Source of the DNA: a virus
Lineage: Duplodnaviria > Caudoviricetes
Strand: one strand, 5' to 3'
Virus record (IMG/VR): IMGVR_UViG_3300037313_001645
Location: 1-37,164 of that record
DNA: 37,164 nucleotides
The position numbers and the translations under genes were made by a program. A model generated the notes under the pieces. That model was not told the DNA's origin and searched no databases. It was given only the letters and a program-made list of their open reading frames with translations. Below are positions 9,072 to 17,987 of this stretch, piece after piece. Position 1 is the stretch's first letter. Each line of letters opens with the position of its first letter.

Positions 9072-9899
9072 TTACCCCTCCGCTTCAGTTGCTAACCAAA
9101 GAGAAATTACTTTTTTAACGTCGATCGTTTTCTGACCTTTTTCGTTTTCAACTACGAGAGTTTTTCCTAACTTAGATTTCTCAAGGTCTTGAGCCATGAC
9201 ACCGATCCAGTCACCTTTTCCGTGCTCATCATTGATGTAGTTAAACTTGTAGGCCTTAAGGTGCTTTCTCATCTCTGCAAGATCGGCTTTTAAAACTGGT
9301 TGAAGGTTTGTCTTGGTGCGAAGGTCACACATCATGAAACCTTGAGCTCCGCCCTTGACTCCTGAATTTATGAGATCAGTAATCTTGTTACCTTGGTACA
9401 TCGCAGAGCCCGCCAAGTTATTGGCTTGTCCCTGGTAATTTCCAGCTATAGCGTTGTTGTAAGCTCCACTAAAATTGGACAATGTGTTTGCTGTGTTTAA
9501 ACCAACATTGGCTAAGTTATTGAGACGGTTGTATTGGCGGTTATAAACATTATCATATTGTTTTGCTGCATTGTTCTGGCTGAAATCCACGAGGGACTTT
9601 AGGGTCGCACCACTGTTTCCCATGCCTCGTGCTGAGGCTGCGTTATTTATAGCTTTAATTCCTTCATCGAAACTGAATTTGTAACCAGGATCTGTTTGCC
9701 AGTCCTTCATGAAGTCGTTGTTAGCTATACTTGAAAAAGCGTCGAAACCTTTTTTCTGATATGGATCGAGAGCATCTTGCTGATAGTTCCAAGCATCTTT
9801 TGCAGCTTGGTTTGCGTGAGCCAATCCATACGAACCGGCTTTTTCAATATCATCCCCTGTCCCTTTTCCAGTAACCGCGTTAATAATACTTGAAGCCAT
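9072..9899 (-). CDS. DNA ejection/pilot protein (P22 gp7-like) with C-terminal S74 intramolecular chaperone domain
   Basis: DPGYKF...AASARG..SGATLK motif; C-terminal CDLRTK...FNY...IGVMAQDLEK. Confidence 0.75.
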   Translation of the reverse strand: MASSIINAVTGKGTGDDIEKAGSYGLAHANQAAKDAWNYQQDALDPYQKKGFDAFSSIANNDFMKDWQTDPGYKFSFDEGIKAINNAASARGMGNSGATLKSLVDFSQNNAAKQYDNVYNRQYNRLNNLANVGLNTANTLSNFSGAYNNAIAGNYQGQANNLAGSAMYQGNKITDLINSGVKGGAQGFMMCDLRTKTNLQPVLKADLAEMRKHLKAYKFNYINDEHGKGDWIGVMAQDLEKSKLGKTLVVENEKGQKTIDVKKVISLWLATEAEG

Positions 9900-10303
9900 T
9901 ACGCCCCTCCGATATTAAAAATTAAATTTTTCATGCCAGTGTCGCAGACCTGAAATTCATTCTGCGTAAGTCTTGAAATCAAACTCTCGTGTCTTGCAGT
10001 TACGAAGATTGATTTAAAACCCATATTTTTTGCGACTTCTTTTGATTTTGAAATCAAAGCGTTTAGCACTTCTGTTCGCTTTTCTCTTCTGATCTCTGGA
10101 CTTGCAACGATCCACTCAAGCAAACAAAAAGCTGAATCAGTTCTATAGATCCATGCGGCTGCCGATGGAATTCCATCAAAGTTCACCACGATTCCAGTTT
10201 GAGATAGATGAGTAAGCGGAAGAACATTCCACCCGTGAAACTTCCACCAGTCCGAGACTAGGTCGTAATGTTTTTCTGGAGTGAAAAGATCAAAGCTGAT
10301 CAT
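9899..10303 (-). CDS. GNAT-fold protein in the virion module
   Basis: ATG at 10303 overlaps the upstream stop; acetyltransferase-like pattern EWIVASPEIR...AKNMGF. Confidence 0.6.
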   Translation of the reverse strand: MISFDLFTPEKHYDLVSDWWKFHGWNVLPLTHLSQTGIVVNFDGIPSAAAWIYRTDSAFCLLEWIVASPEIRREKRTEVLNALISKSKEVAKNMGFKSIFVTARHESLISRLTQNEFQVCDTGMKNLIFNIGGA

Positions 10304-10797
10304 CGTCCCATCTCCGAATATGAAGAATGTTTCGCTTCGAGAATTCTTGGTCTCCAAGTGATTTTCGAAATGCTTGGGGTACCCGTAATATTAGTAGTTG
10401 TGTTTTTAACTTGACCGTCTGAAGTCACAGTTAAAGTGACACCGGAAGTAGTTGGGCCACCTGTTAAAACCCAACTACTTGAATTGGGCTTGTATGCTAG
10501 AAAAAATGTTCCTGTTTCTATAAGTTCAGTGGCACCCGTTGATGTCGTAACTCTTTGAATTAGATAATCGATGGCTACTTGTGAAACTGCTCTCTTATCA
10601 AAAACCATTCCATCAATATCTGCAGCTACGGCCTGATTATTTGTGAGCTTAAAAGCTCTTTCATAGCCGAGTGAATTTAGTCGGTCTTGAATGTCTTTAA
10701 AAAAGGCATCCCAAGGTTGACTTAGTTTTCCGGAGTCGTCCATGACCGGGGTGTTCACTGGAGCGTTGAGAGTTTTTGGAGCTGCATTCAAAGCCAT
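10300..10797 (-). CDS. Tail needle / tail accessory protein
   Basis: P...PV.D..G.LS.PW..FF N-terminus; directly follows the gp10-like gene. Confidence 0.55.
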   Translation of the reverse strand: MALNAAPKTLNAPVNTPVMDDSGKLSQPWDAFFKDIQDRLNSLGYERAFKLTNNQAVAADIDGMVFDKRAVSQVAIDYLIQRVTTSTGATELIETGTFFLAYKPNSSSWVLTGGPTTSGVTLTVTSDGQVKNTTTNITGTPSISKITWRPRILEAKHSSYSEMGR

Positions 10798-12272
10798 CAG
10801 CCAACCCCCGCTTCAAGTTCAATTTCTGCACCAATTAGGACGACCTTCACCGGATCAGACACTTGAACTTTATAAACGCGGTCTCGACTTGAACCTAAAC
10901 GATGGAATTTGGCGCGCTTCTTGTACTCACCAATTTTTCCAAAGCTTGCCTGTTTTTCGTTCGACCATGATTTCCCGCCGGTATCAGACCATGAGAGCAT
11001 CACTTGCGGATCTTCACCTTGAACACCGCCTGAAAGACCAACGCCGGTTTCAATATCGATATGAATTGATTTATGAAAAACCCTGTTCAAAGAAGATGTC
11101 ACATGAGGCGTTGTTCTAATTCTTTGAATTGTCGTTCCATTGTCGGTGTAAACATCCGGCATTAATTGATATAGATTTCCAGTTTCGTGATCTCCAACTA
11201 AGTGCACACCGTACTGAGGAATAAACGCATGACAGTTGGCTCTTTGGCGCTCAAGCATGCCTGAGTTATTATAAGCTCTTTCGTGCCACATTTTTGTCGT
11301 TAGGTCGTAAACCCAAGATGCATCAGCAAAATTCAAGCAATAAAAAGAATGTCCATTCATGGAATAGGTAAACGCTTCTGCTCCAGTGATACTGTTTTGA
11401 TCGTATCCAGAGATTGCGGTTTCTATTGCGTGAGTCGAAATTCTTTGAGGCTGAAGACCTTGAGTCGCCCAAACTTGGCCCTGGCCGGATTTATCTCTTC
11501 CAAGCCAGCATATAACTCCCTCAATTTTAGCAATTGAATAAGGCGCTACACATCCAACTTCCAGAAATCCACCAGAGACACGCTCAAATGGAAAGTCTGG
11601 ATTTCCAGTATTCGTAAATACTTCCGTTGACCTTTCGTTTAAGAGATAAAGCATTCTTTGCATTACAATAAGACCAACGCCATTGTCTGGATCGCCCTCG
11701 GCTGTTGCAAAATCAAGCGGGCTTACTGAGAAAGAGCCCCACTCAGAAGTAAAAAATTGATTCGTGTTTGGCTTATTAAAAACAAAGAATCCATCAAGAA
11801 ATTCAACATTCGTGGCAGTAGCAACCTGGGTATAACCTAAACTTGCGTATGTACCAAAACTCTCTACTCCAGAAAGATTTTTGTAAGCATAAGAGTTTAA
11901 TCCATCCACTAACACAGTGATGGAGTCCCCGTTTGCTAAAAGATTTGAAGCTGCTCTCACACTTCCAGTAGAGGTACTTAAAGTACCAAGCTGAGTGCTT
12001 GACCAAGTAGCTCCAGAGTAAACGACTTTATAAAGCTTATTTCCACTAACTACTAAGATCGTGTCCTGTGGATCGACATAGATCATTCGGATAGGACCAG
12101 AGCCAACAGTCAGAATTGAAGTTAGACCTGGTGTCGGTATATATAAATAGCGCTCACCCTCTTTGCCAGTTCCGGACTCAATGAGCTCAGGGTACCAGTT
12201 CACCAAACGCTGACACTCAACGTTCAGAGAACTTAGTGTGTAAGCTGGACCGATGAACCCGTTAAATCTCAT
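10797..12272 (-). CDS. Packaged DNA stabilization protein (P22 gp10-like tail hub)
   Basis: Beta-rich; DFATAEGDPD, YDLTTKMWHER and MLSWSDTGGKSWS motifs. Confidence 0.85.
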   Translation of the reverse strand: MRFNGFIGPAYTLSSLNVECQRLVNWYPELIESGTGKEGERYLYIPTPGLTSILTVGSGPIRMIYVDPQDTILVVSGNKLYKVVYSGATWSSTQLGTLSTSTGSVRAASNLLANGDSITVLVDGLNSYAYKNLSGVESFGTYASLGYTQVATATNVEFLDGFFVFNKPNTNQFFTSEWGSFSVSPLDFATAEGDPDNGVGLIVMQRMLYLLNERSTEVFTNTGNPDFPFERVSGGFLEVGCVAPYSIAKIEGVICWLGRDKSGQGQVWATQGLQPQRISTHAIETAISGYDQNSITGAEAFTYSMNGHSFYCLNFADASWVYDLTTKMWHERAYNNSGMLERQRANCHAFIPQYGVHLVGDHETGNLYQLMPDVYTDNGTTIQRIRTTPHVTSSLNRVFHKSIHIDIETGVGLSGGVQGEDPQVMLSWSDTGGKSWSNEKQASFGKIGEYKKRAKFHRLGSSRDRVYKVQVSDPVKVVLIGAEIELEAGVG

Positions 12273-12961
12273 TACTCACCTGTTAAAATATTGAACCGCT
12301 TATTACTCTGTGGAGCGTCTGTGACCATCAAAGCGGGCCTAGTGTTTCTTCGTTTTATTTGCGAAATTGATTCTTCTGCGATTTTTGCAATTTCTGGTGA
12401 AACCACTTTGTTCCATTCAGGTGCTAGCTCAATTGCGAGGTTATATTTGATCGCGCGGTTGTAACCTGGGAGGAGTTCCAATTCGTCGTCGAGAGCAAAC
12501 GTCTGAAATGGTTTGTATGAATAAAGAACAACACTTAAGTTTTGAGATGGAATCGGCCAGAACTTTAACGTCTCATTGGGACTTGTTCCTTCAGGATAGA
12601 CAACTGTAGGGAATGTCGATTGAAGTGACTTATCAGTGATTTTTCTCCACTCATCAGCCGTAATCACCTTAATTGGGATTTCGTTTGTTCCATCCATTAC
12701 GCCGGCATTTAAAAGCATTGTTGGTCTATAGGTGTCCCAATCAGCTGAGCTCTTACCGATAGACTTAGTTTGCTGACCAGATGAAATCGTGAAAGTTTCT
12801 ATTGTGACTTTTGAAATCAAAAGACCATCTGCGCTCCATGATTCGGCCATCATATTAAAGGACGAAAGCGCATCGTTGATGTCATCGCTAGAAGGTGTAT
12901 CTCCACTTGCAATGGCCCCGATCAGTCTTAAGGTTCCTGTTAGAAGCTCTCTTACAGTCAC
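12272..12961 (-). CDS. Head-tail adaptor (P22 gp4-like)
   Basis: ALSSFNMMAESW and AIKYNLAIELAPE motifs; GTG start at 12961. Confidence 0.8.
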   Translation of the reverse strand: MTVRELLTGTLRLIGAIASGDTPSSDDINDALSSFNMMAESWSADGLLISKVTIETFTISSGQQTKSIGKSSADWDTYRPTMLLNAGVMDGTNEIPIKVITADEWRKITDKSLQSTFPTVVYPEGTSPNETLKFWPIPSQNLSVVLYSYKPFQTFALDDELELLPGYNRAIKYNLAIELAPEWNKVVSPEIAKIAEESISQIKRRNTRPALMVTDAPQSNKRFNILTGE

Positions 12962-13167
12962 TACTCTTCCTTTTGTGGCGGTTGATCTTTGGCAGCTTTT
13001 TCTTCTTTTGATTCCCACTCAGATTGGTATTCTCTGTAAGTCTGCTGCTCAAAATCAGCTGGGCTTTCTTTCCAACCCTTACCGGCAGCCTTGTGCTCTT
13101 CAATTGAGTTCACTAAAATTGCTGGCTTTGTTTTGTGGTAAATCCATTTAGGGTAAACACCGTCCAT
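12961..13167 (-). CDS. Small conserved protein following the coat gene
   Basis: YPKWIYH...EEH..AGKGWKESPA; GGAGG RBS. Confidence 0.7.
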   Translation of the reverse strand: MDGVYPKWIYHKTKPAILVNSIEEHKAAGKGWKESPADFEQQTYREYQSEWESKEEKAAKDQPPQKEE

Positions 13168-13209
13168 GATCCCTCCCTTTGAAAAAAGCTCCTCTTTGAA
13201 GCTCTTTTG

Positions 13210-13237
13210 AAAAGGCCCCGGAGATTTCTCCCCGGGG
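13210..13237 (-). terminator. Intrinsic terminator after the coat gene
   Basis: CCCCGG...CCGGGG GC-rich hairpin followed by CCTTTT on the minus strand. Confidence 0.65.
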
Positions 13238-13245
13238 TTGGTTCG

Positions 13246-14457
13246 TTAGCCTTGGATACGGCAAGCGAATTCAGGACGAACAAGCTTCCATCCGTAAAGA
13301 ACATCCAAACGAGAAACGAATTTATCGTTTGTGATGTCGTAGCCACGTACGAAACGGATTGACAGACCGGCACCTTTAGAAGATGCGCGACCTGCCATGT
13401 CCATGTTCTTTGGAAGTGGAAGTTCAGCAGTCACTAACGCGAAGGCTGTTTTGTGGTAAGCGATGTGAGCAGGAGAAACTGTGCTAGCAGCTCCCAAAAC
13501 TGTGATCGCTGCGTTATCTGCAGGAAGTGCAGTAACGTTTTGTTTAGCACCTGAAGTCGAAGTGTAGATCGCAGGATAGATAGGGATAGTCGCTGCACCG
13601 GCAGTTGAGTTTACATCTGCAGTTACAACGAACTGACGAAGCTGAGTTGTGTTTTGCTTATTCATTGGGTTTACGGCGTAAACACCAGCGATAGTGATAA
13701 CATCACCTTTTTTAAGCAAACCAGTTACTGAACCAGTCCAACCGTCAGTCACTAACGATGTAGCAGCCTCAGCAGTTGCTCCGTTCATTAGTGGAGTCCC
13801 GACATAGGCGCCGACTGTGTGAACAGCAACGTTTTGAGACATTGCGAAGTCGAAACCTGCAGCAGTTCCCATCATACCACGAAGATATTGTTGTTTAATT
13901 TCTTCGCTAGCGTGGAAGTAACCTTTTTGAGAGTCGATCAATTCAACTTGAGCTAAAGCATCAAGTACGATTGAACGCTGATCATCAACAGGTGCAGACT
14001 CGTTACTCATCTTAGCGCCGGCTTGAGCGTAAGTTTTCAAAGCAGTTGGAATAGTGCCTGGAGTACCTACTGCATTTGGAATTCCGTAGTAAAGAGAAAG
14101 ACCGTCATAATCGATCTGGTTTGCCAATTGTGCAATTTGCGGAGCCAAAACGTCCTTAGAAAAATCATCAAGGCTTAACGCTAATTCTTTTGATGTGAAT
14201 TCAACGTCGATACCTTTTTGAGAGTTCAACTGAACGCTTACAGACTCTTCTACGTGGTTCTGAATACTTGTTGTAGTACCAGAACGAACAGTGTAGCGAG
14301 CCGGTAATTTGATAGAAACCGTATCACCGATCTTACGATCTTGATCGAATTCCTTTTCGAATTTGCGGTAAGCACCGCGAGCAAACACTAGGTTGTTCTC
14401 AAGTAAACGCAAAGATTCCTTCGCGATCATACTCGAGGTTAAAATTGTATTAGACAT
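13246..14457 (-). CDS. Major capsid protein (P22 gp5-like coat)
   Basis: MSNTILT, KIGDTVSIKLP, ELALSLDDF and RLDVLYGWKLVRPE motifs. Confidence 0.92.
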   Translation of the reverse strand: MSNTILTSSMIAKESLRLLENNLVFARGAYRKFEKEFDQDRKIGDTVSIKLPARYTVRSGTTTSIQNHVEESVSVQLNSQKGIDVEFTSKELALSLDDFSKDVLAPQIAQLANQIDYDGLSLYYGIPNAVGTPGTIPTALKTYAQAGAKMSNESAPVDDQRSIVLDALAQVELIDSQKGYFHASEEIKQQYLRGMMGTAAGFDFAMSQNVAVHTVGAYVGTPLMNGATAEAATSLVTDGWTGSVTGLLKKGDVITIAGVYAVNPMNKQNTTQLRQFVVTADVNSTAGAATIPIYPAIYTSTSGAKQNVTALPADNAAITVLGAASTVSPAHIAYHKTAFALVTAELPLPKNMDMAGRASSKGAGLSIRFVRGYDITNDKFVSRLDVLYGWKLVRPEFACRIQG

Positions 14458-14462
14458 TTAAA

Positions 14463-15407
14463 TTATCTCCTCTTTCGTAGCTGCTCATGCCTTACGCGCT
14501 TGAATTCTTCATATTCCATGTCATCAAGCGACTTACTCACTGCAGAGCCACCTTTGGCGCTGACAGGAGTAATAGGCGACGGAGCATTGGTTAGTTTTTT
14601 GTTTTCTTTTTTAGATTCAGAAGCGTTTGCAAGACGGGCTTCGATTTTTCCAACTTCACGAGCAGCAGCTATAGGGCTCATTGCATTTATGCGCTCAAAC
14701 AATTCAGGATCTTTGAAAAGTTCGTACATAACTGCAGGACCGTTTTCGTTATCAACAAGGGCATCATCGAGCCCTTTTGAAACGCGGAAGTCTTCATCAA
14801 GACCTAGAGCATCTTTAAACGACTCAAACGCTTCCGCAAAATCAGTCTGAACTTTCGCAAATTCAGCAATTCTTTTTTGGTGATCTGAAAGTCGTTTCTG
14901 CTCTGCTTTTTGACGATCTTCTTCTTTAGCTTTCTGTTCTTTGGCCTTTTCCTTTTGTTCTAACTTCCAGTCCGTTAATGCATCGAGATACTCGGCATTC
15001 GTTTCATAGTTGTTAGGATCAGGACGGCCATCGGCTGCTTGCGCCTGGCTGTTCTTGTCTTTCGGTTGAATTTCCTCACGATCACCTTTGCTTTGATTGC
15101 GAAGGGAGCGCTCGTACTCGAGTTGTCGCTGAAGATCAGCTTTTTCTCTGGTCAACTTACTAATACGTTTTTGAACGCCATTTTTCTTTGGCTTTTTATC
15201 TTTACCTTCTTGCGATTCTTCATCACCTTCTTGGTTTTGATTCTCATCTTGAGAGTCAGATTCCTCTTCTTGCTCAAGATCTTCAGAAGTTTCCGATGCT
15301 TCTTTGCTTTCGCCTTTCTGAACTTTTGATTCAGCTGGCGCGGATTTTGGTTTTTGTTCCACTGATGTTTCTTGAACATCAGAAGACACTACTTCAACAT
15401 CTGACAT
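14463..15407 (-). CDS. Scaffold protein
   Basis: Acidic coiled coil; GVQKRISKLTREK and REVGKIEARL motifs; between portal and coat. Confidence 0.85.
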   Translation of the reverse strand: MSDVEVVSSDVQETSVEQKPKSAPAESKVQKGESKEASETSEDLEQEEESDSQDENQNQEGDEESQEGKDKKPKKNGVQKRISKLTREKADLQRQLEYERSLRNQSKGDREEIQPKDKNSQAQAADGRPDPNNYETNAEYLDALTDWKLEQKEKAKEQKAKEEDRQKAEQKRLSDHQKRIAEFAKVQTDFAEAFESFKDALGLDEDFRVSKGLDDALVDNENGPAVMYELFKDPELFERINAMSPIAAAREVGKIEARLANASESKKENKKLTNAPSPITPVSAKGGSAVSKSLDDMEYEEFKRVRHEQLRKRR

Positions 15408-15410
15408 GGT

Positions 15411-17549
15411 TTACTCCCCCATGAATTGACCCGGTGGTAACCCGCCGGTAGGTTGTTGTGGTTCACTTGCAGGCGGAGCCTGATCAGGGCCCATCCCGTT
15501 AAAACTTTGATTTGGATTAATTGGCTGATCGATATTCAGAAGGGATTCACGTCGATCAATTTGCTGAAACTCTCTTTCCATAAGAGAGTTCGCGGCTGAA
15601 CCTTGCATCTTTAAGATCTCAAGCTTGTAGTCGCGTTCGATCTTCATAAGCTCAATACGCTCACGAGATTCGAGTTCCATGCGTTTTTGATTTACGATTT
15701 CGTTTTGTTGTTTCAACTGCTCAGTTAACTGCTGAATCAGTTGCATTTGCTGTTGGATCTGAGCTTGAACTTCAGGCGGAATTGGTTTTTGGTTCTTATC
15801 CTCAACAATTCCCGGAGGAATCATCTTACGTAAGCGCTCTGAAATCTCAGAGGCACCTGGCCAATCCATATTCTTTGCAAGAAGATCACCGATGAATTGA
15901 GCAGCTGCTGGATAAATTTGAATGAAATCAAGAAGAGAGGCGACAGCTTCCTGTCTGCGAGTTTCAAAACTAGGACCAGTCTCAACGACAACGTCGTATT
16001 TACCAATGCTAAGATCGGTAATGACTTGTTCACCGTTTGGTTTTTTAAATAATCCATTTAGGACGACCATCTGTTGTTCGCCGTCGTCACCAATGATTCG
16101 CTGAGCGCGAGTCGCATCGTAAATAACAGGAATAATTTCGATTAAGATTTTTCCTGCATGTCTAAGAGATCTTGTTAGGTTATCGACAAAGTGGAAGTTT
16201 GAAGTTTGCGCCTGGTGCTTTCTAGAATTGATTGCCACTCCGGAGGTCTCGTTTGAACGAGCGCCGAGGGCTGCATCATAAATTCCGGTCGTAGCTTTCA
16301 TGTCCTCAGAAGCTTGGAGTCTTGCATTCGTGATGGCTTGAACTGGTGACTCGTAAGTGTTTCTCTGAGGTGGCGGAACTGCGATTCCAGCAATGGATGT
16401 CGCTTTGTAAGGTAAAAACGCGTGATTCTTTTTATTGGCTGTTTTCCACTGATTTTCGTATTCAGGCGGGATCTGGCCTTCAGCGATGATGTAAGGCGCT
16501 TTAGGAGCAAGCGCTATCATCTCTGTTTCAGCTGTAGCCCAGTAGTTGTACATTCGTTGCGGATCTTTGGCATTTCTGATCATGCCTTCGATGATTCGCT
16601 TTCCGTTTACGAAATACTCTTTGCCGTAAACTGGAATGATTGGAATAAATCGACCTGGGAAAATAGTTTTTTCTAAGATTTCAAGGCCGTTGATTTTGCA
16701 CCACTTGATAATGGGCTTCATCGTCTTACGGCGCTTCATGATCTGAAGACCTGGTTCAAGATTTGGCGGGATTTTGTCTATTTCGTAAGTTTTCCCGTCA
16801 CTTAAGAGAACAATTTCAGTCTCAACAAATTCTTTATAGAAATATTCAGCAACGCGAACGGATCTTCCATTAACCCAAGTCGGAGCTTGGCTTGCTAATG
16901 TGTCCCAGTTGTTTTCTTGATTGAGCTTTGAGCCAGGGTTTGCTGCCTCATAATCGTCTTTAGAGACGTCTTCAAAGATGAAACCCCAGTTAGCATCACT
17001 GCCATCTGGTTCTTTAGAGAAAGGATCAAGTAACACTGAGAAGTGATCTCGAATTCTTTCAATCAAAGCTTCTTGATCAAAGGAAGTGTGATCACAGTAG
17101 TCTGTTCTGATTCTGAAAAATCCAAAACCCGGACCAACGGCACCTTCGAAAGCTGTGTCGTAGGCAACATCGGCATTAGAGTTAACTTGAATGTGGCGAA
17201 GTAAGCCTTGGAGAATTTTGGCGACTTCAACGTCGGCCTTATCATCAACAGGAGAAACCTTCATGGAAGGACGGTTTTGGCGCTGATCATTTGTGATCTG
17301 CTGCATGATCTGAGGTAATCGGTTGATTGTTAGAATCGGGCGGCCATCTTCAAGGCGCTGTTGTTTGTCGTTTGGATGCCACTGCTCACCGGCTAAGAAT
17401 TCGAGATCCTCGAGAGCTTTTTGGCGGATTTCCGACCAAGCCTCTTCAGCAATCTCAAAGCGCTTACGCGCAACGGCTAAAATCTCCTCATCGGAGCCTT
17501 TTTCGACCTTCTCATTAGCGTCTTCAGTTTGTATTGGGGAATTTGCCAC
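15411..17549 (-). CDS. Portal protein (P22-like)
   Basis: 712 aa; DLEFLAGEQW, RP.LTINRL, AKDPQRMYNYW and ETSGVAI motifs; Gln-rich C-terminal barrel. Confidence 0.93.
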   Translation of the reverse strand: MANSPIQTEDANEKVEKGSDEEILAVARKRFEIAEEAWSEIRQKALEDLEFLAGEQWHPNDKQQRLEDGRPILTINRLPQIMQQITNDQRQNRPSMKVSPVDDKADVEVAKILQGLLRHIQVNSNADVAYDTAFEGAVGPGFGFFRIRTDYCDHTSFDQEALIERIRDHFSVLLDPFSKEPDGSDANWGFIFEDVSKDDYEAANPGSKLNQENNWDTLASQAPTWVNGRSVRVAEYFYKEFVETEIVLLSDGKTYEIDKIPPNLEPGLQIMKRRKTMKPIIKWCKINGLEILEKTIFPGRFIPIIPVYGKEYFVNGKRIIEGMIRNAKDPQRMYNYWATAETEMIALAPKAPYIIAEGQIPPEYENQWKTANKKNHAFLPYKATSIAGIAVPPPQRNTYESPVQAITNARLQASEDMKATTGIYDAALGARSNETSGVAINSRKHQAQTSNFHFVDNLTRSLRHAGKILIEIIPVIYDATRAQRIIGDDGEQQMVVLNGLFKKPNGEQVITDLSIGKYDVVVETGPSFETRRQEAVASLLDFIQIYPAAAQFIGDLLAKNMDWPGASEISERLRKMIPPGIVEDKNQKPIPPEVQAQIQQQMQLIQQLTEQLKQQNEIVNQKRMELESRERIELMKIERDYKLEILKMQGSAANSLMEREFQQIDRRESLLNIDQPINPNQSFNGMGPDQAPPASEPQQPTGGLPPGQFMGE

Positions 17550-17636
17550 TGACTTTAAGAATCAGGGAAAAATAACTTTAAAATAGTTATAGAAAATCTT
17601 TAGTTTTTTGCTGGATTTAAGGTATGGAATCTTCAT

Positions 17637-17963
17637 ATGCAAATAAGCCTGAAGCTTGGAAAACTTCCGCCAGAATTAAGACAAAAGATAATTAAAGAGC
17701 TTCGAAGTTTTCCTGCGCTTGAGCAGGATTACATGAGAGCCGCGATTCTCTATTACCGGGAATACGAGCGTGTCGGCTGGACTGAATCTGATCCAAAGTT
17801 CAAAGAGGCAATGGACAGGCTAAATTCTTTTGAAGGAAAATTAGAGTTCAAAAGGGAGTGGGATTTAAGATTATTCGCCCATAAACTTGTTGAAATTGAG
17901 CGCACCGTGCAGGTTAATAAATGGCGAGATTTTTTTAACGGCTTGGAATTGAGGAGAAAGTAA
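17637..17963 (+). CDS. Hypothetical protein inserted antisense between terL and portal
   Basis: 108-aa ORF filling the gap; AT-rich upstream region with ATAACT-N7-AGTTAT palindrome. Confidence 0.65.
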   Translation: MQISLKLGKLPPELRQKIIKELRSFPALEQDYMRAAILYYREYERVGWTESDPKFKEAMDRLNSFEGKLEFKREWDLRLFAHKLVEIERTVQVNKWRDFFNGLELRRK

Positions 17964-17987
17964 AGTTACATGTAACGATACGTAACA

